DNA of 61,168 nt, counting the filler, from Basidiobolus ranarum (lineage: Eukaryota), in assembly GCA_040143965.1 (NCBI GenBank). It is 16 parts of 16 records of this genome, joined end to end, with 100 filler letters (N's around TTAATTAATTAA, not from the genome) between each part and the next. Parts side by side here need not be neighbours in the genome. Positions count along the whole stretch, not along the records: positions 57,456 to 61,168 come from JASJQH010009196.1; 15 more parts are not named here. One strand, given 5' to 3'. Made by a program: the position numbers and the translations under genes. A model generated the notes under the pieces. The model worked only from the letters and a program-made list of their open reading frames with translations, was not told the origin of the DNA and ran no database searches. Below are positions 59,801 through 61,168 of this stretch, one piece after another; the stretch's first letter is position 1; each line of letters begins with the position of its first letter.

Positions 59801-60477
59801 TTTTTGAGAATAAAATGCTTGTGCAGCTTTTGTTTCATCTGCAAGCCAACTTTTGTCTTTTCTTTTAAATTCTTCTTGACATAGATAGGTGATCAGATAG
59901 TGCTCAGTAAGCTTATCTTCAATTGCATCCAAAGTAAGTGCTGGGGCTGAATCTGATTCAGGGAGACCATTGATTATGGTAAGAACTATAACCATTTCAG
60001 ATACTTGTTAATTCACTGATTCCAGCTATTGGGCAAGTTTCTTGACACCATTCACAAATGTCATAATATCTGAATCCTCAGACATACAAGAGTTTAAGAA
60101 TTTTCTTGGTAGCATCATCAAGTAAGCAAGCCCTTTTTGCCCATGGTGTTCCACTATGATTTCCCATAAATTCTTGGCACAGTCAGCATCTCTGACTAAC
60201 ATTAGATGTTATGATCCCAGTCTTAGACATATTTCCCCAAATTCCAATCTGACTTTTCCTTTGAATGTTTCCTTAGCTTCTTTACATATAGGCTTCTTTG
60301 TTTCAGTGTCAGAATCTGTACTTTCTTCTTCATCTGGTTGAACTACTTCCCAGGCATGTTTCCTTTCAAACACATGTTGCATCTTGAATTTTCATTCATG
60401 GAAATCTTTCTCAATTAACATTGGAATATTAGTAATTTCCTTTTGGGAAGAAGACTGTAATTCACTGGCTGCTACCA

Positions 60478-60758
60478 TATTTGAGGATCTTGACATAATG
60501 GGGGTAGACTTTGCATATTAGAGGCAACTTAGTAAAGTGCTTTGGTTACTTTATTCTTAAGAGAATATGGCAAGATTTTCAGGAGTTTGTGTAATAAGAT
60601 ATAATAAATAAGTGGGATAATAAGACATACTTGTTATATAGTCATAGAGATATTTCTATTTAGAATATAGGGGCTATAGATACATTGCTTTCTATTTCTG
60701 ATATATGTATCTGAACTAAAGTTTACTATGATGTAGAATAAACATAAATTTTCTAACA
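60478..60758 (-). mobile_element. Copia LTR family B, decayed
   Basis: GAGGATCTTGACATAATGGGGGTAGAC...TTCTAACA, colinear with 49329-49569. Confidence 0.8.
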
Positions 60759-60966
60759 TAAACATACAGAGTTGCATCACTAAAGAAGTCACAATCACAG
60801 TGTCCAACAGTTCATATAAAATACTTATATGAACTGCTATCACTAAGTTTTTGCTCTAACTAAAGACATGTTCCCTTATATACACTCTATCTAACAAGTC
60901 TTAAGACAAGGTGTTAGTTTGCTATATTACAGGGAGTTAACTTCAAATATTTGTTATTTGTATTGC

Positions 60967-61168
60967 CCCTAACAGAAATTTGAGGATTGTTATCATAGGA
61001 AAACCATCACAACTTTAATCCATTTGGGATTGACCGTTTACTTACCGTCATAAAATTGTCAAGTTAGATTTGATTTTAATCAATTTTTTCAGTTTCAGGA
61101 GTGAAATTTCAAGATCTTGCAAAATAGTTGCAAATGATTGGCTAAAATCTCAGAAAACTATGGATCAA
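60967..61168 (+). mobile_element. CACTA terminus type 2, cut by the window end
   Basis: CCCTAACAGAAATTTGAGG...; highly similar to 57154-57355. Confidence 0.8.

Larger units (their letters stand above)
57700..60478 (-). mobile_element. Degenerate Ty1/copia element (gag, zinc knuckle, protease, integrase) interrupted by three LTR-A copies
   Basis: MVIVLTIINGLPESD (UBN2-like); VKCYKCGKQGYIACCC knuckle; WHQCLGHLS; CIQGKLSRKQFP...DLIHRDLW; left boundary approximate. Confidence 0.8.

Overview
This is fungal (eukaryotic) DNA, most likely from an early-diverging lineage; that is inferred from the AT-rich sequence, short GT-AG introns and gene content. It is not one locus. Sixteen unrelated contigs of 3741 down to 3713 bp, sorted by decreasing length, are joined by an artificial 100-bp spacer (N44-TTAATTAATTAA-N44), so adjacency across spacers means nothing. 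Host genes, many cut by contig ends: a C2H2 transcription factor, histone H2B, a neurochondrin-like protein, MSH2, RPL38 (missed by the ORF track), V-ATPase subunit H, a hybrid histidine kinase, a two-hevein-domain secreted protein, an ABCB/MDR transporter, a KH-domain protein, an aryl-pyruvate-type NRPS-like enzyme with a decayed paralog, xanthine dehydrogenase and an MFS sugar porter. About half of the window is CpG-depleted, nested mobile DNA: three Ty1/copia LTR families, Ty3/gypsy remnants including a chromovirus, a CACTA/EnSpm family with CCCTAAC termini, and a LINE. The most unusual observation is a complete 73-nt tRNA-like cloverleaf inside the 282-bp 5' LTR of a gag-coding Copia element (29850-30131). 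Second is a LINE whose 3' end carries two tandem modules of a hairpin plus telomere-like (CCCTAA) repeats.
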